Origin: Oikopleura dioica
Lineage: Eukaryota > Animalia > Chordata
NCBI GenBank assembly: GCA_907165135.1
Contig: OU015568.1
Span: 9,858,001 to 9,922,000 of the forward strand
Direction: 5' to 3'
Length of the DNA: 64,000 bases
Shown here: positions 1 through 12,829 of the stretch, one piece after another
Numbering within the stretch: the stretch's first letter is position 1
How the letters are laid out: the number at the start of each line of letters is the position of its first letter
Position numbers and translations under genes: made by a program
The notes under the pieces: model-generated
Told to the model about the DNA's origin: nothing
Seen by the model: only the letters and a program-made list of their open reading frames with translations
Database searches by the model: none

Positions 1-1801
1 GAGCGCGATCGTCTAGAATGCGAGAATAAAGAACTAACAGTCAACTTTCGTGAAATCAAAGAGAAACTCGGACCGTACATCGAAAAAGTCCAGACAATGT
101 CGACCGAAAAGCATCAACTGGAGAAGGAAATCCGCGATCTTTATCAAGCTAAAAGCGAGCTGGAAGACAAGCTTTGCTGCACGAATGTGACGAGTATAGA
201 TAATAAAGAAAACAACTCCCAAGAGATTCTTGAAGAGAAAATCGAGCAACAAAGGCTGATAGAGACCAATCTCATGGCTAGACTCAAAAGAGAACGACAA
301 GAAAGACACGATGAGGTTCAAAAGTAAGAGTATTTATTCCGGTTCTTGTTTTTCAGTTGAATATTTACAATAATAGATACGAGTCGGAGATAAGTCAGCA
401 GTCGAAGTCGCTCCAGCTGATGATGGACGCTCTGAAAGAGAAAAATAATGAAGTCGAAGTATCAAAAGCTGATATATACGAAAAAGACGCGCTGATAGAA
501 AAACTAAGGAGAGACATTGAAACCTTGACGGGAAGCAATTGTCCGGAAGCGATCAAGGAAGAACTTACAAGTGAGTTTTGTTTTACATATTTTCCTCCTC
601 TTCGATCGAGGGAATTGTTGGCATTGGAGTGGCTGGGTCGTTTTGTGAGAGCGGGAATTCCCGAACTATCCGGTTCGGTTTCGATGGAGGAGGTCCCCAG
701 CAACGGTCTTTGGCCATCGGAACTAGGAAATTTTTAAAATATGATTCTGTGGCTGACAGACAACTTTACCTTGTTCTGGTGCACTTGGGACGGGCTTTTC
801 CTCTTGGATCCTTGTTGCTCTGCTAGGTATTGGCGGTCGAGGAGCAGCTTGTTTCAGGGATGGGGCGTTTGGTTGATTTCTCGTTGCCGCTGGGACGGGA
901 TGGTTTATCGCTCTTTTTCTAAGCGAAATTTATATTCAGTGATATCAATTTTGAATAACTTACGGAAACGCAAAGCATGAGATGCTGACTTCGCGGTCGA
1001 ATTTCAGCCGTGGTCCATTCTCACTCACGATGCAGAATGGGCATTCGCCCATGTCTGGCAATCGTTTGCATTTTCGGCAGATTTTGTGGCCACAAGAGTC
1101 GAGGCGGACGAAAGTGTTCTAATCAGTAAAATCGAAAATTTCAAAGTTTAGTGCTTTACCTCATGGTTATTCTTGCAGTGGCACATGAGCAGACTTTTTA
1201 GCTTCCGCTTCTCCATTCGCAATTTTTTGATCTCTCTTTCCCGGTTAACAGCAGTCTTCTCGTATTGTACGAGTTTCTTGTTGGCCTTTTGCTCAGCGCT
1301 AAAGCAGCCTCCCATTTTCAATATAGAGCTTATATTCTAAGTCAATTCGAAAAAGTTTAAAGTTTTGGTTCTTCTTGCTTTTTTACTGTCTATCTGTTTG
1401 GTTGGTGGGTTTATGTGGCGGATGAATGTCTCCCTCTATCAAGCAGTTTTTATCCGCCGCAAATTTGGGGGCGCTATTGAAGACTTATCACAAATTCCCC
1501 CGAACGAACCAGCGTAATGCCATATTCTCACATTATTCACGATGTGATAGCGTTCACTGATAATCGCTAGCGGTTCCCACATTTAAATTCCTATTTAGTC
1601 GCCATCGAGGAACTTCAATCTGTGATCGACTTGACAGTTGAGCACGACGACTCCGACTCTGAAATCAGCGAACTGCACATGACAATCCGCGATCGCGATC
1701 ACAAAACTTTACCGATGCTTATGGACCAAATTTCAGCAATTCGAAAAACAATCCTTGATCTACACGCTTCCCACGCTACCGAAAAGTGTCAAGTTCAATA
1801 G
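1..1801 (+). CDS. 3' part of a coiled-coil protein ending in a CaaX-like motif (CQVQ*); begins upstream of the window
   Basis: Heptad-rich ORFs 97-327 and 357-570. GT donor at 571 (phase 1) matches the AG acceptor at 1597-1598. The last exon 1599-1801 reads IAIEELQSVIDL...HATEKCQVQ*. Confidence 0.6.
583..1315 (-). CDS. Small RING-finger protein with N-terminal MGGCFS myristoylation-like motif and Pro-rich tail; 4 exons
   Basis: Manual splicing gives MGGCFSAEQK...CHCKNNHE|NTFVRLDSCGHKICRKCKRLPDMGECPFC...FP|KRAINHPVP...EQ|VPMAK...EEENM*. All introns are GT-AG and about 40-50 bp (e.g. 1119-1159). The Cys/His spacing is C3HC4-type. Confidence 0.75.
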
Positions 1802-1986
1802 TTCTATAAACCGAATTTGCTTCTTTATCCATCATTTCCCCTCTCTGTACGTCAGCTGTATCTACCTTCTTCTCACTTCCAATATTCCACGAACATCCAT
1901 TTGCACCTGATTCTCGCTTTTTGTAAAGAATAATACAAGTCAATTCATTTTCACTCATTTTCATCACGAGTTGATTTCAGCTAAAA

Positions 1987-4900
1987 ATGGGAGTCCCGAA
2001 ATTTTATCGCTATATGTCCGAGAGGTATCCTTGCCTCTCGCAAGTGATCAAGGAGCATCAAATTCCAGAGTTTGACAATTTATACCTCGACATGAACGGT
2101 ATTATCCACCCTTGCTCGCATCCAAACGATGATGATCCCCACTTTCGGATTACGGAAGAGCAGATCTTCAAAGACATCTTTCACTACATCGAGTGTCTTT
2201 TTCGAATAATTCGACCCCGAAAAGTTTTTTCATGGCAGTTGATGGAGTTGCACCGCGAGCTAAAATGAATCAAGTCGGTTTTATAGTCACAACTTGTTTT
2301 AAAATCCATCCTGTAGCAACGTAGTCGACGTTTTCGATCAGCTAAAGAAGCTGAGGAGAATGAAAAAAAAGCGAGAGAGAAGGGAGAAGCTCTTCCTAAA
2401 GAAGGAAAGTTCGATTCAAATGTGATCACTCCTGGAACTGGCTTCATGGTTAGACTTGACAAACAGCTGAGGTTTGAGATCTTGAGATTATCCTTCCCCT
2501 CAATCCAGCCGTAGGTATTTTATTAACAACAAAATCACCCACGATGATGCTTGGCGAGGCATCAAAGTCTTTCTATCGGGACACGAGACTCCTGGAGAAG
2601 GAGAGCACAAAATCATGGAATACATTCGTCACCAGCGTACTCTTCCTGAGCATGATCCTCGAACTCGTCATTGTCTCTACGGACTTGATGCGGATTTGAT
2701 CATGCTTGGCTTGGCTACTCATGAACCGAACTTTTCTCTCTTACGAGAGGAAATTCAGTTCACTAAATCGAAGGATAAAAGTTGGGATCAGAGATTATCT
2801 CTTCTTTGATTTATGGAATTCTTACTTTGAATTGATCTGTGATCCCCAAAATCAGTGCCGGTAGACAGAATCGCCCAGAAGACATAACCTTCCATCTCCT
2901 GCATTTATCAGTGATGCGCGACTATATCCATCATGAGTTCAAGAATCTGCGGAGCTCTCTTGCATCCAGAAAAGAAGCCGGAGAAATACAGATCGAGTAC
3001 GACTTGGAACGACTTATCGATGATTGGGTTCTAATGGGTTTTCTTGTTGGAAATGACTTTGTTCCGCATTTACCGAACATGCACATCAAACAAGATCACT
3101 TGCCTGTTCTGTATAGATGTTACACAAAGGTAATTTTCGAAAAATAGCAGTCATATAAAAATTTGAAGGTTGTACCGAAACTGGGAAAATATCTAACTGA
3201 GAGAGGCTCAATTGATCTGGATGTACTGGAAGAGTTCTTCTTTGAACTCGCTGAGAATGAGCGGGAACAATTCGAAAATTCTCAGGCTGATGATAAATAC
3301 TTAGCCGGTAAAAGATCCATGATGAAAGAAAGCCATGGTAGCGGTGCGACTGCTCACGGTCCTCGTATCCAGAAAAAGTATGACTCGTGCAATTTAGATT
3401 CCATACTGAACTCTACTAGGTTAGATGAATTGGAAGCACTAGCATTAGAGCAAGAAGAGGAGGGGCTCTTCGAGGGGGACACGACGCAAGGTGATTTGGT
3501 TCCGATCGACGCTCGAGAAATCGGCACTGACTTCGGCATCTGGGACGACGTTACGAAGCAGGAGTTCGTTGACTATAGAAACTCGTATTATCACGCGAAG
3601 TTTAACAAACGATTGACGAAGGACTTCCAATTTACCAGTAACTTTGAAGTCATCAATATACAATTCTTACTTTTTCTAGTGAAAAATGAGTACATCCGAG
3701 CTCTTCAGTGGATCATGCACTACTACTACAATGGTGTTCAATCGTGGGGCTGGTACTTTCCTTTCCACTACTCGCCATTTATTTCTGATCTTGTTAACTT
3801 GAAAGAATGTAATCTCAAATACGATTACGGTAAACCCTTCCTTCCTTTCGAGCAACTTCTGGCTGTCTTACCAGCGTCATCGGGAAAAGTTGCCTTGCCG
3901 GAAGTCTTCCATAGTTTGATGGATAGTCCTTCTTCGCCAATTATTGACTTTTATCCGACTGAGTTCGAAACGGACCTCAACGGGAAAATGCAAGATTGGG
4001 AAGCAGTCGTTCTCATTCCTTTCATCGACGAGAATCGACTGTACGAAGCGATGAAGCCTGCACTGGCAAAATTAAGTCCTTTCGACAAATGCAGAAACAT
4101 TCACAGCCCGTGCAATGTGTTCGAATATGACCCGAAAATTGAACCTTACCATTACCCGTCTCCGATTCCCGAGAGTTTTCCCCATTTGGAAGCTTGCAGA
4201 TCAAAGTCGTATGAAGTCCCCACTCATGAAGGCATCTGGAAATTGAACTTGGAAGCTGTTCGTTATGGCCTCCTAAAGCCGTCGATGGAGCTTCTTCGTC
4301 CTGGTTTCCCAACACTTTTTCATATCGAGCACTACGCAGAGCTCGAGCGCAATGGCGTCAAAATTTTCAATATGGCTTCGAGAGGAGAAAACATGATGCT
4401 CTACATTGGAAAGCATCTTCCTGATTCCGACTGGTGCAAGAACATACCAAAAACAATGCAAGATATGTGCAAAAAATGGCTTGGAAAGAACGTCGCTGTT
4501 GGCTGGCCTCACTGCTACAGCGCAAAAGTTGTAGAAGTTTCAAGTGTCAAGCACCGCGCCTATTTCAAGAACACGGATGAAAGGAAGAACGTTGTTGGTA
4601 TTTCTGATAACAATAAATTTGGATTCGAGCAACAGCTTGGCATCGTTGAAGACGCGCTGAAGGAGAGATGGGGGATTTCACTCGGAGAGACTGATTATCT
4701 GATCCATGCGAAGCCATTGATCGGACGAAAAGTGGTCTATTCAGGATCTAAGCCTAAGGTGGAAAAGGTTTTCGGCGATGTTCAAGTGTACCCGCTGCAA
4801 ACTTGTGTCCGCGAATTGACTACTGAAGGTATTGTAAAATCATGAACGGCGATTATATGGCTTTTTAGAACCATATAAAAAGATCCACGATGTTGGTGGT

Positions 4901-7663
4901 CTCTTTACAGCGGATAAGAGAGTTTTCTGTCTGTCCCCTAAATTCTATGGTTGTTCCGCATTAGTAACGGGAATCAACGAAGACGGTCTCGTTTCCGTCG
5001 AAGTTACACAGCACGAACACATCGATGTCGAAGTTGCACGGCAATCAGCCACCCCTGAGGGGGAGCTGAAATGGTTTCCTGGTTGGAGAGCGGCCCAAGC
5101 TACTGGAATAAGTTCTTACATGGTTTCCAGAATAACTGGCCATTTCTATGTTGATATGCCAGGCGAGAAGAATCAGCGTCGAAACATTGGACTTAGCTTG
5201 CGATCGAACAAAGGCAAAGGGATGGAAGCTCCAGGATTTACAATGAAGAAGGAAGAGGAAGATAATCGCATTGAATGGCTGTATTCGTCGGCGCTTATTG
5301 ATTGCTTGAATAAATATATCGGTACGATCAAAACCAGGATCAGATAAATCAAATTATTTAGATGAATACAGAGAAGTTTTCGACATTCTGCACGACAAAT
5401 TCGATGCAGGTGACGGAAGAAACAACTCTTCAGTCGAGATCACTGCCAGTGACATCTTCCCAGACTCCGAGAATGTGAACAAAAACATTGACGAATTGGC
5501 TAAATTTATAAAAACCCTGGAGTGCTCTCAGTCACCGACTGTTGAATGTGGCATTGAGCGCCTTTCGAAGACGGAAATCGACGCTCTCGTCAAACTCGTT
5601 GACCATGCTAAGGCGAATGAAACTAAAGTTGTCCTAAAGAAGAACTTTTCCCCGAAGCTTTTGTACGCGCACGTTGATGGAGTAGGCAGAACTGATCCAG
5701 ATGGGAAGACGAAGTTTACTCTGTGGGATCGGGTCGTGAATTGTCGCGGCGATACAGCTGTTCCTCTTGGTTGGCAAGGAACTGTCATTGGGACAAGTAA
5801 GCTCAGGCTGAAAACGATGAACAATAATCTGTTTTAGTTCCTGAGAAGGCAGCTACAACAGGTGTAGGCTCTTCAATTCAGTCGCCAATGTGCAACATTC
5901 TTTGGGACAAACCATTCATGGGCGGATCAAATCTCAACGGCATGTGCCCTCCCAGAAGAGGATACCGCCTTCCAGAGTTCTGTCTTCTCAATTTGAACAA
6001 AAAGAGACAAGCTCAAAATCGGGAACAGAAGACTCGCAAGGGCACCGAAAAGAAAAAAGTTCAAATCCATAAACGGTAAGACATAACTTTCACGGCAATA
6101 TTCATGATTCTCAGCCCTAGTGAGAGCGGAGATGGATTCTCTACAATGCCCGCCGACTTCATGTCGAAGCTGAAGCAGATTGTTCCCAACGCTCGCATGG
6201 AAAGTGGCCAAAAACAGGCTGTCCTCAAACCTGAACCTATCAAACCAGCTCCACATGTTGATCCGAGCATCATCAGTTCCCAACAGATGCCGCCGACTAA
6301 TGTTTTCCAGAACCAGCAGGTCCGAATGCCGATCAATCCACTCGTTTCCCCTCAAGGAGTGATGCATCACCAGAAGACCATCCCACCTCAAGTGATGAAC
6401 CAACCACGAGGACCAGCAATGGTGCCAACTCAGATCATGGCGAACCTCAACTCTCGGTAATTCTTTTGTTCATAAATCCAAGTTAACGCAAAAACATAAG
6501 GCAAATGATGGGGATGAATAAGTCCGCGAATAAAAATGGAAACAAACGACCAGATCGACAAGTCTACAACCCAGGAAACAGAAGCCAGGCAAGCTCAAAA
6601 ATCGCTGAAAACGCTCTGAAAAGTGTCTTAAAAATTGGACGAAGCTCTGGTAGCCCCTTCGAGTCTCCAGCAGCCTCAAACAATGGATCAAGGAACTCAA
6701 CTCCAACAGCTAATGTTGAGGCCAACGGGTCAGAAACAAATCGACCAAGAGAAGTGAAAGAAAACGTCGAGCGCCTCCCCATTGGTCCTCCTGATAACAC
6801 TACAAAGGGTTTCAAAAAAGCATTCATTCGATCGCCCAGATCTGAAACACATGGAGCTGAAAACATTGATGATCAAACTGCGAAGGAAGAAACTAAACGA
6901 GGATATTGGGAAGCTGGCGAACCCTTGCCTGAAATGATTCAGCAATACATTGCTCTCAAGCAAAGAGAAGCAAGAGAGAGAGCTGGAGTAGTGGGAGAGC
7001 CGGAAGCACCTGCTCAAGAAGAAAGAAAGATTACGGAAGAGGCAAATGAGGTCGATGCTCAGGCGGTTCCAAACGACGGAGATGAGGCCAATCAAGATAC
7101 ATCTTCGACAGGCACTGCATCAGAAGAATTGAAAGATATTATGCGCGGTGCAACTGACGACCAGGATGATGAGTGGTCTAGCAGTGGTTCGGAAGAAGTC
7201 GTCAAGCCTCAGCCAAGATCTCCAGCATCGCGCAAGGCGCATGAAGACAGCTTCTGCCCGCCTTGGATGCCGCTGCCCACGGAGGAGGAACGACAGAGAA
7301 ATCAGAAGTTGGTGCAGGAAGATCCACAAGCTGCTGTTGACTACTTGATGGAACTCGTTAAGAAAAGTGACAAGCTCGGGCTTGAATGGAAGCAAAAAGA
7401 AGAGGCGAAAAAACGTCTGGAGAGTGCTTCTCAGCCACTTGCTTCAACTTCTGAGAAGGACTTATTGAATGGCAAAGGCTTGGATGGCTTCGATAAGTTT
7501 TCTGAGGCTGATTTGAAAATTGCGACTGAGGAGGAGGGAAACTCTTCTACCAAAAAGTATGTTAGAATCAGATTTATCTATTCTCACTAGTGATTTCAGG
7601 GGTCAAAAGAAGTCTGCCCCACGCAGAAAGATGGCGGCGAATTTTGGTGGCATGAAGAAGTAA
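1987..7663 (+). CDS. XRN1: 5'-3' exoribonuclease 1 (multi-exon)
   Basis: [93 protein letters not shown]3-like region FTLWDRVVN...GWQGTVIG. C-terminal [10 protein letters not shown]. One homopolymer frameshift at ~2225. Confidence 0.97.
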
Positions 7664-7898
7664 AAAAGTCGAAGGATGATCGAATGGGATCTTGAATCAA
7701 GAGCTACGTTTTTTATTTATATACAACTGTATAAAAATTAATAGCTCACCTCACTGCTGCATCATGGGTTCAATTCTCTTCATTTAATTTTACTTAACTT
7801 TCATTCAGCGCGATTCAAGTTACTGTACGTTTTCGCGCTCTACGGTTAAATTTCGAGTCGTCAAAAAGAGTTGTCAAAATAAAGTAACGTTTGTTAGA

Positions 7899-10661
7899 AT
7901 GTCGGCGTTCGGATTCGGGGAACTCCACGATGGTGGGAACCCGATGACCGCCGCTTTCCGAACTGGCAAAAATGCTCCAAAGAAAAAAGACAAGCCAGAA
8001 ATCGTTATGCCAGACCAAGAAGATCCTGACGAGAGGTTAAAACAACCACGGGGCGTTCTTCCACAGGGAATGCGCTCGAAAATCGACGCAGAAAAGGCGC
8101 GCTTGGCTGATGGAACCGTCGACAACCCCGGTAACGCGCCATCGATAGATCCGAACAAAGAGCTTTGGGTGGAAACAAGATCACCGGCTGGAAAGGTCTA
8201 CTTTTACAACGCTAAAACAAGGAAAACGGCATGGTCGCGCCCGAGCAAAGCTCAAGTTATCTCACAGCAACAATTCCTTGCACTAGCGATTTCTCAAACA
8301 TCCAAAGCGACTGGAAACTCTGGAGCAGGGGTAATCTAGCTTTGTACGAATCTATTCAACAAGTTTTTTCTTAGAGCTTTCAGGCTCCAGCGGCAATGCC
8401 AGCGATGTTGATGCAGATGGCGCCGGCAGCAGGTACCGAACATCTTTCCAAAATCTCATTTCAAAGTCATTTATAGCGGGTATCGTTGGAATGGGCGCAT
8501 CAAGAGGTGATGATTGGGTTCAACAAACAACTGCCGATGGAAAAGTCTACTACTACAACAAACGAACACTAGAAAGCAGCTGGACGAAACCACAGGCCCT
8601 ACTTGAAGCGGAAAAAGCTCAAAGATTCATGGAAGAACAAAAGGCTAAAAGAAAACCTGTCGGAAAAGTAGCCGTCCCTGGAACACCTTGGGCGATTGTT
8701 TGGACTGGAGACGGACGACACTTCTTCTTCAACCCTTCGGCGAAGCTCTCGCTCTGGGAAGTGCCAGAAGAGCTGAAGTCTAGATCTGATATCGAAAAAT
8801 TGATCAACGATGGTCCAAATGGCCCAGAACAAGAAAAAGACGATGAAGAAGAGCAGGAGATGCCAGCAGTTTCACAAGAAAAAACAGGCCCTACTCCAGT
8901 TAGTATTCCCGATGAGTCCACAGGTAAAGTCATGCTTATTTTTCGTTTATGGAAATATTTCGTTAGGTGAGCCGCCAGCGAAGAAGCAAAAAGAAAACGA
9001 GGAGAAGCTCGATATCTACTTCGACGTAGCACGAAAAAATAGAGAGATGAAAGCAGCGAAGCTCATCGAAGAACTGCCTCTGGAAGTTAGATTAGAAAAA
9101 TTCTACGATTTATTGCGGGAGAATAATATTTCCGCCTTTTCAACATATGAACGAGAAGAGCGTAAACTCGACAAAGATGATCGATTCCTCCTGGTAAGAC
9201 ATCATTAATTTGAACTGTTTTCTTGATATTGGTATATTCTAGCTTCTCCCGACAGCAAGAAGACAAGCGTTCGACGATTTTCTAGCAGACAAAGCGCAGC
9301 TAGAAGTGAAATTGAGAAAGGCTCAAAAAGACGAGAAGATTGCCAAGTTCGAGGAAATGTGCGAAAATTGGAAGGGAAACAGATTCTCCGAATTCGCAGC
9401 TCGTTTTGCTCGTGATAAGCGATTTCTTGCCTTTGACAAGATGAAGGAGAGAGAAACGCTCTTCTTTTCTTACAAAAAGAAATTAAAGGACAAGTCGCTC
9501 AATGACAGTAAAAAGAAGAAAGAAGATATCAAACTTGATTTCATGGACATTCTGGACAAGAAGAAGTGTCAGACACTGAAAAACTGGGAGGAGGTCGAGG
9601 AAAAGCTGAAGGACACTTCAGAATTCAAAGCTGCACCTGAAGAAGAAAGGTTAGAAATATTCTCCTTGACTAAATCAAGAAATTTTTTCAGGCGTTCCTG
9701 GTATGTGGGCTTCCTCAAAACACTGGCTCTTGAGCAGGATGAAGATGCGAAAATAGCGTTGAAACAACACGAAGCTGAAGAGAAAAAGCGACGCATGCAG
9801 GAAGCGATTGAAAAGCGTAAAAGGGAAGCTGATGAAGCTCGTGGGGCCCTCGGCCGTCAAATGGATACTGAAAGGAAAAAGCATCAAACTGAAGCAGCCA
9901 AGTAAGCAATGATATTGAAGATCTTAGGGATCCTTTACGTTCATTTTTAGGGATACTTTTATGACCATGTTGTCTGAAAAAATAAGAAGCACAGATTATA
10001 ATTGGGACGACGCAAAATCGAAACTCAAAAAAGAATCACGCTGGAGCCAAGTTTCGGATCTCGACAGAGGCGAAATGGAAGCGTTGTTTCATGAGCATAT
10101 GGGTACTTGAAAACTCCTTCGGCTGTTGATTTAAATTTATTTTTTTGTAGATAGTTTAAAAGAAAAAAGAAAGAAGGCATTCCATCAATTATTAGCAGAA
10201 ACCAAAGTCAACACGACATCGAGCTGGAAAGACATTAGAAGAAAAATCAAAGAAGACATCCGTTATCAAAAGTTCTCTTCTTCAGAGAGAAAAAAAGAGC
10301 GAGAATTCAACGAGTATATCGACTCACTTGGCACAAAAGCTCGCCAAGAGTTCCAGGAAATGCTTGAAGAATGTCGCCTGATAACTTATGAAACAGAAGG
10401 TAATGATGAACAGTTGTATTTGTTGCTAAAAGTTTCGTTTGTAGAAGCTATTCGCGATGAAAACGAACCTGGAAAAATCCTCAACGAAATCGTCGAAGTG
10501 CTCAAAGTCGACACTCGCTGGAAAGCACTGGCGAGTTTAGGCACCGAGCGCAAGCACATGACCCGAGGTTACATCCGTGAAAAGCATCGTGCTGGTCCCC
10601 TGCCCCCATCACTGCCTCGCAGCGAAATCCTATCGGTGCACCGCTCAACAAGCAACGTTAA
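7899..10661 (+). CDS. TCERG1: Transcription elongation regulator 1 (CA150): 3 WW domains plus FF repeats
   Basis: WW domains [27 protein letters not shown] and [27 protein letters not shown], and WW3 [26 protein letters not shown] repeats ([26 protein letters not shown]). GPP..TAS-type C-terminus once a 1-nt shift at ~10597 is restored. Confidence 0.93.
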
Positions 10662-11341
10662 AAAACCTGAACTTCACAACTTACAACCTTTCAAATAAAC
10701 CATTATTTCTGAAAATACGCAACTGAGCTGTCTGATTTTACAGGAATGGGAATCAGACGAGGATGTCGAAGACATTTTCTAGTGCACGGCGAGATATGCA
10801 AATAGGCATTTTAGGCTTTAGGGCACCCTTTGAAGTCTATAAAGATTGTTACGCTGATAGGCAGACCAAGCGTAACAAGCAGCTGTTTGCAGTGACCCGT
10901 GAAGTCTCATACAGTCTTGCTCGGCATGTGCCTAACCTACGTCAGACCACGCGGTGGCAAACGTGTGTTCCGCTTATGGGAAATAAATCCAAACTCGTTC
11001 TCACAAAATCATTTCCCAGCGAGAGAGATTTGCAAACTCTTTTCTTCCCTCCCAAAGTGTCTTTACCCGCTTGTCCTTCAGACAGAGTAGAGCTGTTTAT
11101 TTGTTCGAGAATCACTAGTTCCTTTTCTAATTTCTAGTTTCTCTCCAGTAAAATTGTAACTCATAAGGCCTCTAGATTTAACTCACTGTTCACGCTCCAT
11201 TGACTCTAGTTCCTATCCGTTTCACTAAGGAGCGTGTGAGTGATCAGAGAATATTTAGCCGATCATATGAACATTAATTTTTAGATCACAAAAGCTAGTT
11301 GTTAAAATCGAGAACGCCAAGCTACACGAAAAAAGAAAACC

Positions 11342-12829
11342 ATGCCAGTGACACCAGGAAGACCCTTCGGCTGTGGCGACATTGTCTTCGCCAAGATGAA
11401 GGGATTCCCTCCATGGCCAGCTCGAATCGACATGATCCGCCCTAGCAGATGCAATGTGCGAGAACAGGAGAATCTACCAACACCCCACACTGATCCTGAC
11501 TTCCACTGGCCCATCTTCTTCTACGGGAGCCATCAAATCTCCTGGCTGCCACAGAAAGACCTGTTCGAATTTGAGGAACATCGTGATGAATTCGGCGCAA
11601 ATCCTCAAGTCAAGCGAGCAATGGAAGAATCTCGCAAGAACACTTTCATCAACTTCCAATTCGGCGAAGGAAACAGCGGTATTGCATGGTCGGAACGACA
11701 TTCTCAAATGGCTCACGCCTGGTTCCGACATCAATCAGATGAGGTGGCAAATGAAACTGCTTGGGACAGACTTCGTAAGTATTTCCTTTTTTTATTTTGA
11801 AGCTCTTATGAAGAATCAAGGATGAATTTTTATTTAAATATTTTAGCTCCGCGTAAGAAGGGCAGAAAGTCAATTTCTCGAGTGAGAGTAGACAGCAGCC
11901 CAACCAAAGCAACACAGGTGCTCGAAGACATACCCGAGGTGAGTAATCCTTTTATGAAAAAATATTTTTTTCTGGCGTTCCGTTAATTATTCTATAGCTT
12001 ACCGATCTCAATGCCATCGAAATATCAGATTCTGAGCCGGAGTCCGATACCCAGTCGGACGAGGTAAATCTTTTTTTACAAAAATGATCTTCCGGAATAA
12101 CCAGTGATTATTTTGATCCGTTCGTAAATTGCATGTTTCTCACTAAAAATTTTGTCGACTAGGATTTTTCGATTACAAACTGACATTGATTTTAGGATGC
12201 AGTCGTCGTGAAATACCAGGATTCCATCCACAGAATCGAGGATATCAATGAAGGAGACTTCATCGCCGCCATGTACGAAAAGCCATACTACGGTTTAGTC
12301 ACAAAGAAGACCAAGTCTCACAGTGGCGATTCGATTCTTGTCCAGTTCTACACCCGCAGCGATAAGCATGACGTCTTCATCGAGAAGAAAGGGGACGTAG
12401 ATCGAATCACGGAAGAGCGACAAGGCTACATCTTCCTCCACGCCTTGGCGCATGAAGTGGTCATGTCCAAAACCAAATCTGGAAAGCAGAAGTGCTTCGT
12501 GATCCAGGAATACACACCTGAGGACTTCGATCTAGGTATACAATATTCGTTCTTTTCAATTCTGATACCTGTATTTCTTTATAGCCGAATCCAAATGGGG
12601 CATGAAAGTATCCTCTCTTCGCGGAGTCCCAGATGAAGAAGAAAACTACGAGAAGAAAGTTCGAGATCTCATCAAGAAAACAAGCAGCCTCTTCTCAAAC
12701 CGGTAAAAACATTCGATTTAATTCATATTCGTAACAAATCTGTTCAGCGGCATCTACAGGATTCCCATCGGATGCGAAAAGCTCCGACCACTTCTTGGAA
12801 TGCCAGACGTCTTCGATGTTACGATGTAA
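11342..12829 (+). CDS. PWWP-domain protein (HDGF/LEDGF-type PWWP) with a second beta-barrel-like domain
   Basis: GDIVFAKMKGFPPWPARID, WPIFFYGSHQISWL. Downstream short-intron exons end in ...PDVFDVTM*. Confidence 0.8.

Noticed and set aside
2221-2232. Frameshift in XRN1 (KVF|SWQ instead of KVFFMAVDG)
   Set aside because: It is a T6 run where T7 restores the conserved frame. XRN1 is otherwise intact, so this is most likely a homopolymer assembly error, not a pseudogene or recoding.
10594-10602. Frameshift at the TCERG1 C-terminus
   Set aside because: C4 versus C5 run. One extra C restores a GPPAPITAS ending similar to orthologs, so it is the same error class.
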